A stretch of 64,000 bases of DNA from positions 40,300,001 to 40,364,000 of the forward strand of contig CAIIXF020000001.1 of assembly GCA_903813345.2 (NCBI GenBank). The letters are read 5' to 3'. Source of the stretch: Owenia fusiformis (Eukaryota). The notes beneath the pieces are model-generated. The model made no database searches, was not told where the DNA came from, and was given only the letters and a program-made list of their open reading frames with translations. Positions 34,301 to 46,252 of the stretch are shown here, piece after piece. Both the position numbers and the translations under genes were made by a program. Each line of letters starts with the position of its first letter. Position 1 is the first letter of the stretch.

Positions 34301-37229
34301 CTGTTGAGGTGGGGTCATAAGTTATCCATTGTGCGCAGAGTCTAGTCATAAACTACGAAGACGAAACTCTCTTTTAAGAAGCGAAGTCGAACGAATGCAA
34401 AGGGTAATTAAAGTCATAAAGAAAAATACACGGCAGTTTTGTCATCTAAGAACTATCATTGTCAAGATCACTATCTGACCTTCATACTGGGATAATGTCA
34501 GCTCATTTAAGAGGATATCGAAGGTTTCTCATTTTGAAGCAGAGAACTCAAACGTGATAATTTAGAATCCAGTTTTAGGATTGTGAACTGACCTGGATGA
34601 CATCATCAAAAAGTGTGTAGAAAACACCCTACTGTTTCACATTGAGAGGTCAACGTCTCATTCTGAATAGAAATCCAAGACTTAAAAATGGAAAATCAAA
34701 ATTAAACTAGAGAAATCAGAACATCTTTCCTCTGTTAAAATCGCAGTTCAGTGAAGGTCTTGCACAATGCAGATTATTAACATTTTTATGTGTTTTCTAT
34801 GGCTTTGATTTGTTAACATTATTTTCACTAATGCTAATGGCAACAACACTACTTTTGCACATCCGATCGAACAAAACTTGCTTGACCAAATCACTCAAAG
34901 CCAAGTAGTAGCAGATTTTCTATAACAGTAGTAACATGACAATTTTTGACAATTTAAAAAAAAATATTGAGACTTTTGAAATCTTTGCATCAATGCATTA
35001 TACTATAAAATTTGAACCAAATTGGACAACCCGAGTCATCGTCCGAACACACTAATAGATGGATGAACGGACGGGCGAACGTCTTCTCTATATCCGTACT
35101 AGAACTTCGCTGGGACATGAAATAACACTATTTAAAAAAAGCTACAATTTTGCAAATTTTAAGTTAACTCCTCGAGTGCGTCAAAATACATTAAAATGCG
35201 TCAAAGTCCAATCAAAGTGAATGTAATGACATTGAGAACTTCAAGGTATCGTGACATTAAGAAACACTGTTCATGACATTTGGCGTAATAAATGTATAAA
35301 TTGACAATAATTAGCCTGGGCTTATTACCTATAGGTGTTTAATTAAAGATTGTGAAGAACATTATCTCAGAAATATTTCATCAGACAGCCATGCTTCCTC
35401 AAGACACAATTATGAGGAAAAAATTAGATGGAATGTGCTTGAGAAGGGAAAGTCATTTTTGATTGTCTCCTCAAGGCTACTTCTGTCGATGATAATATTG
35501 TCTGATACACTAACATAAACTACAGTCTAACAAGTTCCGGATGCTGACATGGGCAATATAATGCGAAATAGATCCATAATGACAAGGTCGTTGTATGTCA
35601 AAAAAATTTCTTGGACTAAACTATTTCACCACGTATTGAGGAAGTATTAAAGCGGTTTATTATGAATCAACACTGAACACATAAAGTGCCAAATGCAACA
35701 AGATGCTAATTGATAAGTTAGTATGCTACGTCTACTATGCCCCAATCACATTTACGTTGGCAGCCAGCCGGGAAGTGAGATAGACTAGAATTGACCCACT
35801 TCCTGTTGTGCCGGGCACGTCTTTGATTTACCGAGAGTATGGTCACATGAGATATGGGCACCATACGCCCCGCGTCATTGCGGTCCCCTGGTATTTCGGA
35901 AATCGGCGCAAATATGACCGAGGCATAACCATTACACTCGTAAGTGTATCAAGCGAAGGTAACGGCCGTCACCTTCGCATCAAAGATGGCGGACGGGATG
36001 TGTCGATTTCGATATTTTCAGTTTTCATCGAATTAAACTCCTTAATTATTGACGTAATGCAAATGATATTTGAACTAAACCCGACTTATATGACATGGAA
36101 ACTCTGGGCATGATCATTTGTTCATATACATGCCTAGGTGCCACAGTTCAAGGATATCTTTCACCGAAGGTAACTGGGATTTTGGACTGTGAACTGTGGC
36201 GCCTACGCATGATATATGAACAAATTATAATATTCCGAAGTTCCAATGTCATATGAGTCTGATTTGGTTCAAATATCAAAGTATTACGTCAACTATAAAG
36301 TAGGTTGATTCGATGAAAACTAAAAATATCAAAACCGACACCTCCCGTCCGCCATATTTGATGCGAAGGTGACGGCCGTTACCTCCGCTTGATACTGACC
36401 AGTGATTTGAGGTCACACATTGTGTGTAAATTGTCAAGCATCTTGTAGTTAAGCATCATCATATAGTTAAGGATTTAAGCCCTGGACTCAGTGCAATATG
36501 GGCGGAATCATTTCTTAAAAAGGGAACTATGCATCAAGTCTTGAGCTTAAATTCTTTTCACACATTGCAAAATATTTTCTAAATACGAAATACTAAAAGT
36601 AACCTAAAACACAAGTTTCAATCACTCAAGCAATTTCAATCACTTGTCACCTTGACAACCATTCAACGAATGGCCTTGGGTGGGTTATTGATTATATAAT
36701 GCAATGAAGTTATATGAAATACTGTGTTCGGATTGGCTGGAATCTGACACGCCTTATGAAGTGGCCATTTTAAACGGACGAGATCCGTCACAACAACTAA
36801 CAACTCTTTCCACCTGATAGATCTCAAATTGTGAGTCCTATTAAAAGAGCATCTTGCGTTGTTAAGCAGAGATACGATCCGATTGTTAGAATAAATAGTT
36901 TCTAATAGTTTCGAAAGTGGTTGCCAAACCAGAAGGCTTGTTTAAAGCTGACTACAATGTAACTCACCTATCACACCAAGAAGGAAGGTCAGGGAATATA
37001 TTCCTGTGACAATCCCAAACTCTACAGGGTCTATATAGTAGCCTTTTACACCGAAGATGTTAATCCCAAAATACTTGGAATTAACAATACTGTTGAAAAC
37101 GTCTGCGGGAAGATGCGATCTGTTTCCCACCAGGTTCTTGAATAAGGATTCGTTATTTGACATGATGGCCTTCATTATACCAGCAATGTCAAGCGGAGTT
37201 GTAGAACGCTCGTTGTTCCGAGTTGTCAT
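19147..37229 (-). CDS. class A (rhodopsin-like) peptide/neuropeptide-type GPCR, spliced, 432 aa from Met 37229; N-terminus possibly extended
   Basis: Exons 36968-37231, 24342-24463, 23975-24096, 21344-21467, 21032-21231, 20057-20108, 19539-19732, 19147-19369 have consistent phases (1299 nt from ATG). Motifs: TM1 GN, TM2 SLSLADLL, ECL1 WYLGGAMCK, ERY-VAICHP, TM5 FVIP, TM6 CWGP, TM7 NSCVNPVIY, helix 8 FR..F and CMCC. Ligand family cannot be assigned by eye. Confidence 0.92.
19539..19732 (-). CDS. GPCR exon: TM6-TM7 (VINMLIVVVVIFFICWGP...NSCVNPVIYCFMS)
   Basis: tacag acceptor, ag|gtatg donor; CWxP and NPxxY motifs. Confidence 0.94.
20057..20108 (-). CDS. GPCR exon: ICL3 (SKSGMPRENDLMKKRLN)
   Basis: tatag acceptor, gtaagt donor; 52 nt bridges phase 2 to phase 0 exactly. 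Confidence 0.85.
21032..21231 (-). CDS. GPCR exon: ECL2 and TM5 (KDNYTCDF...FFVIPLVILFFSYGAI)
   Basis: tttcag acceptor, gg|gtacgt donor. Confidence 0.9.
21344..21467 (-). CDS. GPCR exon: ICL2 and TM4 (YVAICHPLKSR...VWFGAFVLGIPALFAY)
   Basis: tatag acceptor, gtaagt donor. Confidence 0.92.
21768..22330 (-). mobile_element. hairpin-headed non-autonomous element
   Basis: IR ttatcccatac...gtatgggataa (21768-22177) adjacent to a long stem-loop 22182-22323 with loop ccctcgggacctgcggccctcggg. Confidence 0.7.
23975..24096 (-). CDS. GPCR exon: ECL1 and TM3 (WYLGGAMCKILFY...SIMTLTMMAIER)
   Basis: tttag acceptor, ag|gtaag donor. Confidence 0.92.
24342..24463 (-). CDS. GPCR exon: end of TM1, ICL1, TM2 (NSLVIYVIVKQLGVEDVTNIFLFSLSLADLLVIVLCVPLR)
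   Basis: tttcag acceptor, gg|gtatg donor. Confidence 0.92.
25180..25500 (-). repeat. repeat fragment with a 12-bp tandem core (agctgagtaagt), flanks shared with 59985-60500
   Basis: ccggaagtcgga...cagattcggattcctgagaaaatt matches the reverse complement of 59983-60035; the other flank matches 60428-60500. Confidence 0.55.
26130..26862. mobile_element. TCACACCAAAC-family MITE (PIF/Harbinger-like), copy 1; a related fragment lies at about 25710-25965
   Basis: t(a)accc..tatcacaccaaactagttc ... gaactagtttggtgtgatagggtta; closely similar to 46483-47296. Confidence 0.8.
28120..28500 (-). mobile_element. tRNA-derived SINE, ~380 bp
   Basis: the minus strand begins agcagggTAGCCTAGTGG (A box, 28493-28483), has GTTCGAGCC (B box, 28430-28422), a GC-rich body and a T-rich 3' end. 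Confidence 0.7.
29484..30189. mobile_element. TCACACCAAAC-family MITE, copy 2
   Basis: taaccctactatcacaccaaactagttctcactacg ... cgtagtgagaactagtttggtgtgatagtagggtta. Confidence 0.82.
30248..31246. mobile_element. PIF/Harbinger-like MITE, ~1 kb, rich in AAGCG/CGCTT motifs
   Basis: ~55-bp TIRs agctac.ttcacaccaacggcgaatgccacgctttaaatcggcgagcaaagc, TAA/TTA ends; extra fragment of the same family at 30190-30247. Confidence 0.8.
31628..32294. mobile_element. PIF/Harbinger-like MITE (CCCCAGTCACA TIR)
   Basis: ~140-bp TIRs accccagtcacatttgtcgtacg...; TTA flanks; an additional internal right end at 32101-32123. Confidence 0.8.
32813..33912 (+). mobile_element. internally deleted mariner element with a transposase HTH relic
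   Basis: TA|CAGGGCGTTCAA...TTGAACGCCCTG|TA, ~230-bp TIRs; 33330-33515 encodes a decayed LGISKYDTIKDIHEAYGKETTTTAGKYRWYQYFKEG...DESRQG*PKT, resembling the mariner N-terminal HTH and GRP motif. Confidence 0.8.
35946..36395. mobile_element. 450-bp near-perfect palindromic element
   Basis: gtatcaagcgaaggtaacggccgtcaccttcgcatcaaa ... tttgatgcgaaggtgacggccgttacctccgcttgatac; arms meet near 36150-36190. Confidence 0.8.
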
Positions 37230-37231
37230 GT
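36968..37231 (-). CDS. GPCR exon: N-terminus and TM1 (MTTRNN...IYSLTFLLGVIG)
   Basis: ttttgtag acceptor 2 nt before ATG, g|gtgagt donor. Confidence 0.88.
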
Positions 37232-37473
37232 CTACAAAAAAAAGAAATGAACACTATTCACGTTCTATTCAGGTTACCTGTGTATATAGCACAAGTGATA
37301 TTCTATGAAGCCCGAATGACTATAGTCACTGTTCCACAACTAGTTACTTTGACGGAACGTCAATGTAACAAAATGGATGAACTTCCTGGATATGAGTTTT
37401 TTGTTTTCTCGATTTAAACGTATACGTATAAGTCATGTTGCGGATTATCATTTGGCACAAAGTTAGACAATAT

Positions 37474-37787
37474 TATAAGTTATATTGAATGATTTGAAGT
37501 GCAATACAGGATATATTCTGCTCGAGAAATTCCGTATTGGAACGAGACGAAGTCGAGTGCCAATACAGAATATCGAGACAGAATATATCCTGTATTGCAC
37601 TTCAAATCATTCAATAAAGTTTTTATCGCGTAATCCTCTGTATTGCTACTGAGATTGTCCCCTCCGTACCAATATTTTCTGTATTGCGACGAAAATGATC
37701 AACGGGGACAATCTCAGTAGCAATACAGATTGGTACAACACAAGAGCTGACCAATCAGAGGGCTTCATTTTACAGATCATACGATAA
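37474..37787 (+). mobile_element. hairpin-headed non-autonomous element
   Basis: ~60-bp stem 37482-37615 with GACGAAGTC loop, followed by ttatcg...cgataa IR-bounded body containing an internal IR. Confidence 0.7.
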
Positions 37788-39270
37788 CAGTCTAGCTTTT
37801 AAAAATGCTCTCGGTTCGGAATTTGATATTTAATGGTAAACTAAATTGAATTGATGTAGTCATCACTGGTTTTGTAGTTTTACAATGTAAAAACGCACGT
37901 GGATTGTTATTTCCTTTGGTACTTTTTAAAGATTTTTACTAAACTATGAACTCGATCAGCTTATTAGTTTCATTACTTTCACTAGAACCTAGAATGACCT
38001 TTGGTGGTTTGTTGGTTATGTATTGCAATTCAGTTATATGGAATACTGTGTTCTGATTGGCTAGAATTTGATACACCTTGGCTTGGTATGTGTGACTAAG
38101 AGCGAAGATTTTAATCGTTTAGCTCATCTATTCAAAAAGCTTGCCAAAGCAGTTCCTTTAATATAAATGTTAAAATCATATTGAGGGAAATATTACGTTA
38201 TTATTGGGGGCTAATTTGTCGTTTCTCCAATAACAGGAGACAGAGAACAGGAACTAAATGATTATGTCTTTTTTTTAATGAGTGTCTTACGAAACGACTT
38301 CATTTCCTTCAAAAATAAAACTTAGAATTGATGGCGGCGCAAAGTGACCATACTCTTTTCCCAGTTTGATACCTTTGAAATCTAAGATGCAAAGTGACTT
38401 CAAACTATATAATTGATGAAGATCGAGTGACCCGTTATGTATATTGTCAGGCTAATGCTAAAACGAATCTTCAAAAGCAAATTCATAAACAATAGACATA
38501 TAGTCGAGGATGTAAAATGTATTGACAAATATGGGCAAATCTCCCTCTTTGTATTTTAAAAGATATCAGATTATCATGCGGATTTAATGCTGTCTCCATA
38601 GTAACTTAGACTAGAGATATATCTATCTGTGATTTGGATAACTATATTCTTTGTAATTATGGTGATCTGTCTATTCTGTATGCATATATTCATATCCTGA
38701 TGTTATTTCCAATTGTTTGAGCTTTAGATTAAGATTAGATCACGATCAAATCTTGGCTTTCATCACTAAGATATTAGGCGCGAGTTAGGCCCCCACGACT
38801 AGAGATTTTTGATTATAATTTTCCTAACCGTACGGAGATTTCCATCAAAAGGATCATTGGACATAAAGCAGGCCCGTAGCCAGGGCAGAGCGATCGCCCC
38901 CCCCCCCTTGCCAAATATTCTTTCAAATTTCCCTCCTTTCCATCAATGAATTGAAAGACCAATGAAACCTTGTGCTGAAGATGACAATGGTGTGTTCACT
39001 CCAGTAAACGTCCTTATATACGGCATTGTCTTTTCCTTAGACTGAATTGAATAAACGTCAAAAGTGTCTATAACGTGTAAAACCATAACAAAAGCAATGA
39101 TATCTTCTTAAGATTATAATAATGAAATCTTGATAATGAAATAATAATGAAAACATCTACGATGATAAAAATGCAAGGTTTTCACACTAGAAAGTCGAAA
39201 TACTACAAACGAACCGTTTCGGTAACCAGCGTAATCGAGTGGATCACCAGTGTAAATAATGTCTGTATAC

Positions 39271-39396
39271 CTTCGTTTGCTATGTCAGTACTTGTTGTTG
39301 GATCAGCATGTTGAAGTCTGCCATGTGTTGTTAAATGAACGGTCGTCTCAGAGGAAATGTTGGAAACATTTTCCGTAGTCTTCAGATTCTCCGTCG
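39271..39396 (-). CDS. candidate upstream GPCR exon encoding a Ser/Thr-rich N-glycosylated ectodomain (TENLKTTENVSNISSETT...DIANE)
   Basis: tttcag acceptor and ag|gtatac donor on the minus strand; 126 nt, phase 1-1, stop-free; joins in frame to exon 37231 (G+AC=Asp, then ATG); NVS and NIS sequons. Confidence 0.6.
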
Positions 39397-40513
39397 CTGA
39401 AACATTATAGCACAATAAATAAAGTCTACTGTTCAATTACAAGAACATCAATTCCCTCAGAGCCACCACCGAGTTGTTGAGAGAATTTGATGAAATACAC
39501 AATAATGGCTATATGACATAATGAGCCCTTTATACCGTGTTATACAGGGTGGTCCAAAAAGATAAACTATGATTTTAAAGATGAAAAACACATGTGGATG
39601 TGGCATCAATTCTTCGTCATCTCAGAAAGTTTGTGACCAGTCATGCCAATGATGAATGAGTTGTTACACTTTAAAATCAGTAACATCTTTTTGTACCACC
39701 TTGTACTTGTTTAAGGTTGGTAGCATCGATACGTTAAATGATATACACCTGTTAAAGTATATCCTGTAACTACGCATGAAATATGAGATAACTATGAGAG
39801 CGTTTTTGCAGTTCATTGATTTTATGCCGTTGGCAAATGGAAACTCTTCTATGGGACGCTCGAAATTGAACATGCGTGATAAACAGTCATGAATGCAACT
39901 GATATGGACTTATACAAAATGGAAGATTTCAGAGGGTTATACGCAAATGAATCACTGCTCAACTGCCCAACCTCATCTTGGAAGACCAAGGTATGGCGTA
40001 TGTAAATCAAACTGGTAAGCGAGTATCGCCCAACCCCTGCGTCTAAATGGACCTTTCCTGTATTAGAGAGAGGGTTGTTTGGAGATTTGTCATTGGAGAT
40101 TTGTTATTCATAGATCAGTACTGTAGGGGGCAGAAGGCCCTTGTCAGTTGGATCAAGCCAAGCGCAACTGTATAATGAAGCCCCTCAGACAAACGACACA
40201 GAAATATTCAAAGTTAGTCATGCATGTCAGCCCAGCACATGATACCCAGTATTAAGTACCGTTAAGATTATTACAAGACGTATGGTTTAGTATTACTATA
40301 AAGTCAAGCATATTTCAGTATTTTAGTCAGGTTCAGTAACTAAGTCAACATTCGAAAACAAATATATCTTTGATTTCCAAAATACATTTTAACGTATTAA
40401 TTTTGAGTACATCTCGAATCCATTCTCAACAAAGAGTTCGCGAAATAAGTTTTCGAAATATTTGAGCTCGGGGTGATAAAAGAACGTTAAGATATACCGC
40501 TCCTTAACAAATG

Positions 40514-40898
40514 ACGATTCTCGGTTTGGAGAACGAAGTTCATCAATCTAAATGAGCATTATCCCTGCTTTGGACAAATTTGATTTTTTACATAATATAG
40601 ATTTGAATGTCTTCTTTTGAATAGTCATAATTTAATTTGGGTAATATTTCTAGATTTTTCGCAAAAAAAGTATTAGCGCAGTACACTGATGAACTTCTTT
40701 CCCCAAATCGAGACTTGTATTTTATTGAATCGGTCTAATTGAGCGTTATCCCTGCTTCAGACCAATTTGTTATTTTTACATCTTGTGGATTTAAATGTCC
40801 TCTTTTGAATATTCATAGTTTAATTTGGGTAATATTTCTATATTTTTCATGAAAAAAATTATTAGCCCAGGAGACTGTTCTCCAAACCGAGAATCGTC
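40514..40898. repeat. IR-bounded segment with an internal ~190-bp direct duplication
   Basis: gacgattctcggtttggagaac / gttctccaaaccgagaatcgtc; two similar units at about 40545-40690 and 40735-40870. Confidence 0.6.
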
Positions 40899-41617
40899 CT
40901 TTCTTTGGGAACAAGATATAGAATCAAAAGCATATTCTTCTTATTTATTCACTGATATATGCCAATGAATGCTACATAATTATCTCTGGTTTAAATGATT
41001 TTGTAAACGTTGTTATCTACAGGTGCCATGTTTATAATAGAACAACAAAATTGAACATTTTGCATTTCTAAATTGATAAGTTTCTTGGAATACAACATGG
41101 TAAAACGATTTAAGTCATTAACTGTGTCTACCTCAGTGATTCCATGATAAATAGACAGTAACCGGGTCAATGTTTTAGGCTCAACCTTGTTTTCATGATT
41201 TTTAAACATGAGGCGACAATTATCTTGGAAATTACACTTCCAAATGTAAGCGTATCAACTCGTGTTTTTTCACAATTTTTGCCTTTTATCATGATGGATC
41301 GCCAAAAACTGCATGTACCTTTCAATGAGTTGATATGTTTTTAAAGTTAGAGATGTAAGCTATAAACTCAAACAAAAATTCAAACTACTTGCTATTATTT
41401 TGATTGCACAAGACGAAACCTTTTACTCACCAGGTTAGATGATAAACCGTTTCGAGCATTGATGATTTGAGTTAAACTGTGAATATCTGTATAAATGTAA
41501 GTCGGCATGTATTCGACAGTTAATGTACACATATGATGTATGTATCAACGTGTGACATAAATATCAATTCGTGACCATCATATTTGACTTTCGAAAATTA
41601 AGTTGGAAGCTACAGTG

Positions 41618-42467
41618 CACCCTATGCAGACAGAGCCTGTGGGAAATATTGGGTGCGGAGCAAATGAGCGGAGGGTGCGGAGCTAACGGTTATTTTTGAA
41701 TTTAAATTTGGGATATTTCTGAAACTAAGCCGTTTTGGGACTTCAAATATACCAAGATATGTGTATTTGACACCAAATATCAATACAATTGTGAAAATAG
41801 TAGCGCAATTCATTCGATAGCGACGCAGTGTGCCTTAAACCTTTCCCAGACCTATATATTTTGAAATTATCCTTTTAATACTGAGTCCCCAGCATTCATA
41901 AAAAATGGTGTTCAAGGTGCACTATCTTTACAAATTATTTTTGCATCTTGGAAGCCAGGCAGTATCTGTGTGATTTCATAAAAATTCGGAAATTTTTTCA
42001 GATATGAGCCCCCTCTAAATATTGGGTGCGGAGCAGCTCCATAAACGTAGCTCCGCACCCAATATTTAGAGGGGGCTCATATCTGAAGAACATTTTCGAA
42101 TTTTTATAAAATCACACAGATACTGCCTGGCTTCCAAGATGCAAAAATAATTTGCATGGGTGGTGTATCTTGAACACCATTTTTTATGAATGCTGGGGAC
42201 GCAGTATTAAAAGGATAGTCTCAAAATATATAGGTCTGGGAAATGTTTAAGGCATACTGCGTCGCTATAAAATGAATTGCAATACTATTTTCACAATTTT
42301 ATTGATATTTGGTGTCAAATACACATATCTTGGTATATTTGAAGTCCCAAAACGGCTTAGTTTCAGAAATATCCCAATTTTAAATTCAAAAATGACCGTT
42401 AGCTCCGCACCCTCCGCTCATTTGCGCCGCACCCAATATTTCCCACAGGCTCTGTCTGCATAGGGTG
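41618..42467. mobile_element. 850-bp palindromic element, CAC...GTG termini, 5-bp TSD (Transib-like), copy 1
   Basis: cagtg|CACCCTATGCAGACAGAGCC...GGCTCTGTCTGCATAGGGTG|cagtg. Confidence 0.9.
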
Positions 42468-44239
42468 CAGTGGTGGGAGATTATTGAAAACGTCAATCAC
42501 ATTCAAATATCCGAACGACGTCACGTATTAACATTTACACTTTTCGTGCATCTCGAACAAGGCAAGGTTCTGTAATCCAGCAATGTGTATTTCGAAAGAA
42601 AAAGTTCACAAACATCAACAATTTTCATTGAGTAGGAGATTACATTTGAAATTACAACTTTCAAAATATTTGCTTTAACCAAGAATTTTAAGAACTTGAA
42701 ACATGTTGTTAGTTTTTCAATCCGCATATCCTCATTCACGTTCTTTGACAAGGATGAATTCATTTGAAAACATGGATTTTCTTAATTATTCTTCAAAACT
42801 ACCCTTGAAATATGTGTATGTAGGATATTACAGGGTACATTGACACGCCTTTGTTTGCTCCATATCATGAAAAAATAAATGCAGTACCATCTGTTAAAAC
42901 ACATTTATGGTTAATTCATGATAAAAATGACAAATAACATACATCCTTTGAAGTAGGGGTATACAGGGACATAGGGGAAATTCAGAAATGTAGGCCATAT
43001 CTTCAAGATTGCTGCACCAATATGTAACAGAACACCAAAATTATCATCACGTTTGCTGATAGGTACTTAAGTATATTGAAAATAACAAACCAGAGGTTTA
43101 CTTCAATTTTGGCACCATTCTCAGCCCCCCTTCTCAGTATATATATTGATGAACATACGCATTTCGAATGTTGACTTAGTTACTGAACCTGGTCTGATTT
43201 ACTCTTCAATAACTTTAAACAAGCCTTGGTCGTATGGCAAAATATTTGACTCTAAACAACATGTATGACATGGATCATGTTCTTCGGAAAGAATTTTACT
43301 GGGCATCGAAATCAAATTTGCCAGAATAAATGTCTTGATTAATTCCTCCATCTTGGAAAATAGTTGCCATAGTTTTCTCCTGATGGCCATCGTGAATGAT
43401 TGTGTTTTATGGATTATGGCGACGGCTTTGCAAATGTATGACGTTGACACTGAATTGAATTGCCTATGGATTTTGAAATGGATTTCGTCTATCCCACATC
43501 ATTTGAGACAGGATGCTCTTTTATGAGTACTCATATCTATTTTTGATGTTACCAATATCTATTTTTGATGTTATGCCTATTGGCTATCAATTATTTCAAT
43601 TTTTCTTCAACATGTATTGCAATTCAGTATTAATAAATTTTCCCTAGTATTCTGGTCATGGATTGTGATGTTTGCTCTCGATTGGATGGGGAGGGGGATG
43701 TTAGACATTATTTATTCTTTTCACGTTGGATCAAAGACTGTCGTGGTTTTGGGTCTAATTTTCTTATGACAGGTTGACACCGTTTGCTTTTCTTGTAAGA
43801 TTTCTTTACAATTTTTGGTCCTCTCCCTTTGGCACTTGTGCTTAGATATTCGAATGTGGAATGTTACGACAACGACATTGTGAAATCATTGATCTCCCGA
43901 TCAATGCAAAGTTTAAATGTTAGCCACGTTTACACTCCAAGTAAATTATTTCTATAAAGAATCTTTATATTCCAGATAGCCACAAGGGGATAACATGATG
44001 AACAATCTGAGCATGGTTGAACTATGACATTCCACTAAAAGAAAGAGATTAAAGAAAATTAGTAGTTCAACTGCCTGACGCGGTTTAAAATGACCACATT
44101 GTATTGGATATATACCCTATTCACATTTACGAAATAGTTTAGAAGACGATAGAAATAGATGTAATACCTCACTTTTGTTACGTAAACGGAACTTCAAAAA
44201 AAGTTAAGATCTGCACTTTTAACTCAGTGTGAAAGAAAT

Positions 44240-44397
44240 GATGGTCCCCCAGGGATTATGGTCCCCTTTCTTAACGTCCCTCACTGGCCCTGATTGTGTA
44301 TAAGATAATGAGGGAAAGAAATGTATTTAGGTCACCATATAAATCAATGGAGAGTAAGACCATAATTTGATAGCACCTCCTACCCTTTTACACCGGC
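44240..44397 (+). repeat. 5'-truncated copy of the short element at 48201-48377
   Basis: atggtcccc..gggattatggtcccctttcttaa...taccctttacaccggc shared by both copies. Confidence 0.7.
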
Positions 44398-45288
44398 CCC
44401 TGCAGAACAGTCAATGCAAAGAGCAATAAAGTCAATCTTCCTGGTATGAAAACATATCTTGCACGTCTTCAAATAAGAAGCTTGATTTTGTGACAGTGTA
44501 GTTCCAAAGATAATGGTGTTTGAATTTTGGAAAATTTCCATTGACCGCCATTATAAACTTCTATCAATATGGCTTTACTGAAGTGCCATTTTCTAATACC
44601 TCTCTAAAGACTTTGCAAAAAAAGTATTTTAATTTAAGGTGGCCTTATCTTTTTCCAGTGCCATTTGGATGGAAATGTAAAATAAACTCTTAAATCATTG
44701 ATTCTGATCCGTTACTGATAGAATGTATATACTTTTGCAATATATTTTGCAATATATTTTAACTTAAGAAGCTCTTAACTGAATACAATTACGCGTGGCG
44801 TCCCTCAGGGCTCGATATTGGATCCTCTCCTTTTTATTATATATAAATCTATATTATATATAAATCTTATTTCAGTCAGTACTGTATCTTAATCAGTCAT
44901 ATTTGCAGACGATACAAATTTACTTTGTTCGGATAGAGACATCTATACCCTTACACATAGAGTTAATAATGAGCTATGTTCAGTTGACAAATGGTTTAGC
45001 ACAAATAAATTGTCCCTTAATATCGAAAAAACAAACTACATGACATTCTCTACAAATCAGCAGCAGGTTCCTGTTGATATCTCCATCAAGATTAGAAATT
45101 CAAAAATCAACCGTGCGAGTTCTTATTACAACAAACTTTCTTCGTGTAGGCATTGATCAAAATCTATAAATTGGAAGGAACATCTCTCTCAAAAATTCAA
45201 AAACCTTGGGAATATTTTTCAAAACAAGACATCTTTTCAGTTTAAAAACTCTTTTGACAATATATTATTCATTGATCTACTCTCATTT

Positions 45289-46252
45289 TTTTTATTAATG
45301 ATTTTATTTCACTTATTGAAAACAATATAAACAATTACATATAAAAGCATACCAATCGCCATGTGGCATTACAGGTTGCTTTAAGTAAATTAAACATAGT
45401 TTTCATGTGGCTTTAGATATCACAAAACAGAAAGTAAGTAAAATATTGTAAATAAAATAGATAAACAATATAAGTTTTTATTTTATTTTATTTGGGTCCA
45501 GGAGGTTGAGAGATGCTATATGAGTCAGAGTTTTAACTTTAAATTCTAGTTGGGTGTATATAACACGTTCCAACAAAGTCAGTTACTATGTCAATGAGGG
45601 TATTTTGAGAATCTCGACAGAGGGTGTTTTCAAAAATAAGATATTCTAATTGGTCATTTTGATTTGAACATGTGTTTGTATCATAAAGTAGGTTATTTTG
45701 TCTCAGTGCAGCCATCATATCAATTCTTTCATTTATATGGCGTGGGCAAGATAGGACATAGGACAAGGACATTTGTTATCATTAACTCCTGTAAAATTGT
45801 GAGAGAAAAAGTGATTTTTTAACATGAAATCAACCCTTAGTCTATTGATGATTTTCTCCTTATTCCTTGAAAGTTTGAGCTTGGTTGTTGGGATAAAATT
45901 CATATTAGGAAGTATTAATGAACGAACAGCATTTTTGAAACTAGAAATGGTTGGTAAATCTCTTACAGGTTGGCTTAGGTTGTTCCATTGCTTTATAAGG
46001 TTTAGGGCTGGTGCATTGAGAAATCTAGTTGTAACTTGAGTGGGTATTTTAAATGGTAAAGAGTGTCTTGTTGTCCTAGTGGCGGGGTTTTTATATATAT
46101 CAAAAATATCAGAAATGTATTTAGCTACCATTTTTCTATTTATTTTGAACATTATTCGAAGATTTTTTTCTTTTCTTCTTTCACTCAGGGTCTTCCAGTT
46201 TAGGCACTGGAACACTTTGGATGTGTTAGGCCCATGGAGGACTCCAGCACAC
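45289..46252 (-). mobile_element. 5'-truncated LINE (ORF2 C-terminus, 3' UTR, A tail) inserted antisense into the host LINE
   Basis: LNWKTLSERRKEKNLRIMFKI...QWNNLSQPVR...SFKNAV...RLRV..LKNH..CPC; A-rich tail; 13-bp TSD tctactctcattt at 45276-45288 and 46253-46265. Confidence 0.88.

Larger units (their letters stand above)
40328..43191. mobile_element. ~2.9-kb TIR element (30-bp TIRs) hosting nested insertions
   Basis: caggttcagtaactaagtcaacattcgaaa at 40328 and its exact reverse complement ending at 43191; possible 2-bp GT TSD. Confidence 0.65.

Noticed and set aside
43199..43900. Possible decayed L1/Tx1 ORF2 fragment on the minus strand (LIKTFILANLI...)
   Set aside because: Only one weak motif; cannot be supported without BLASTx
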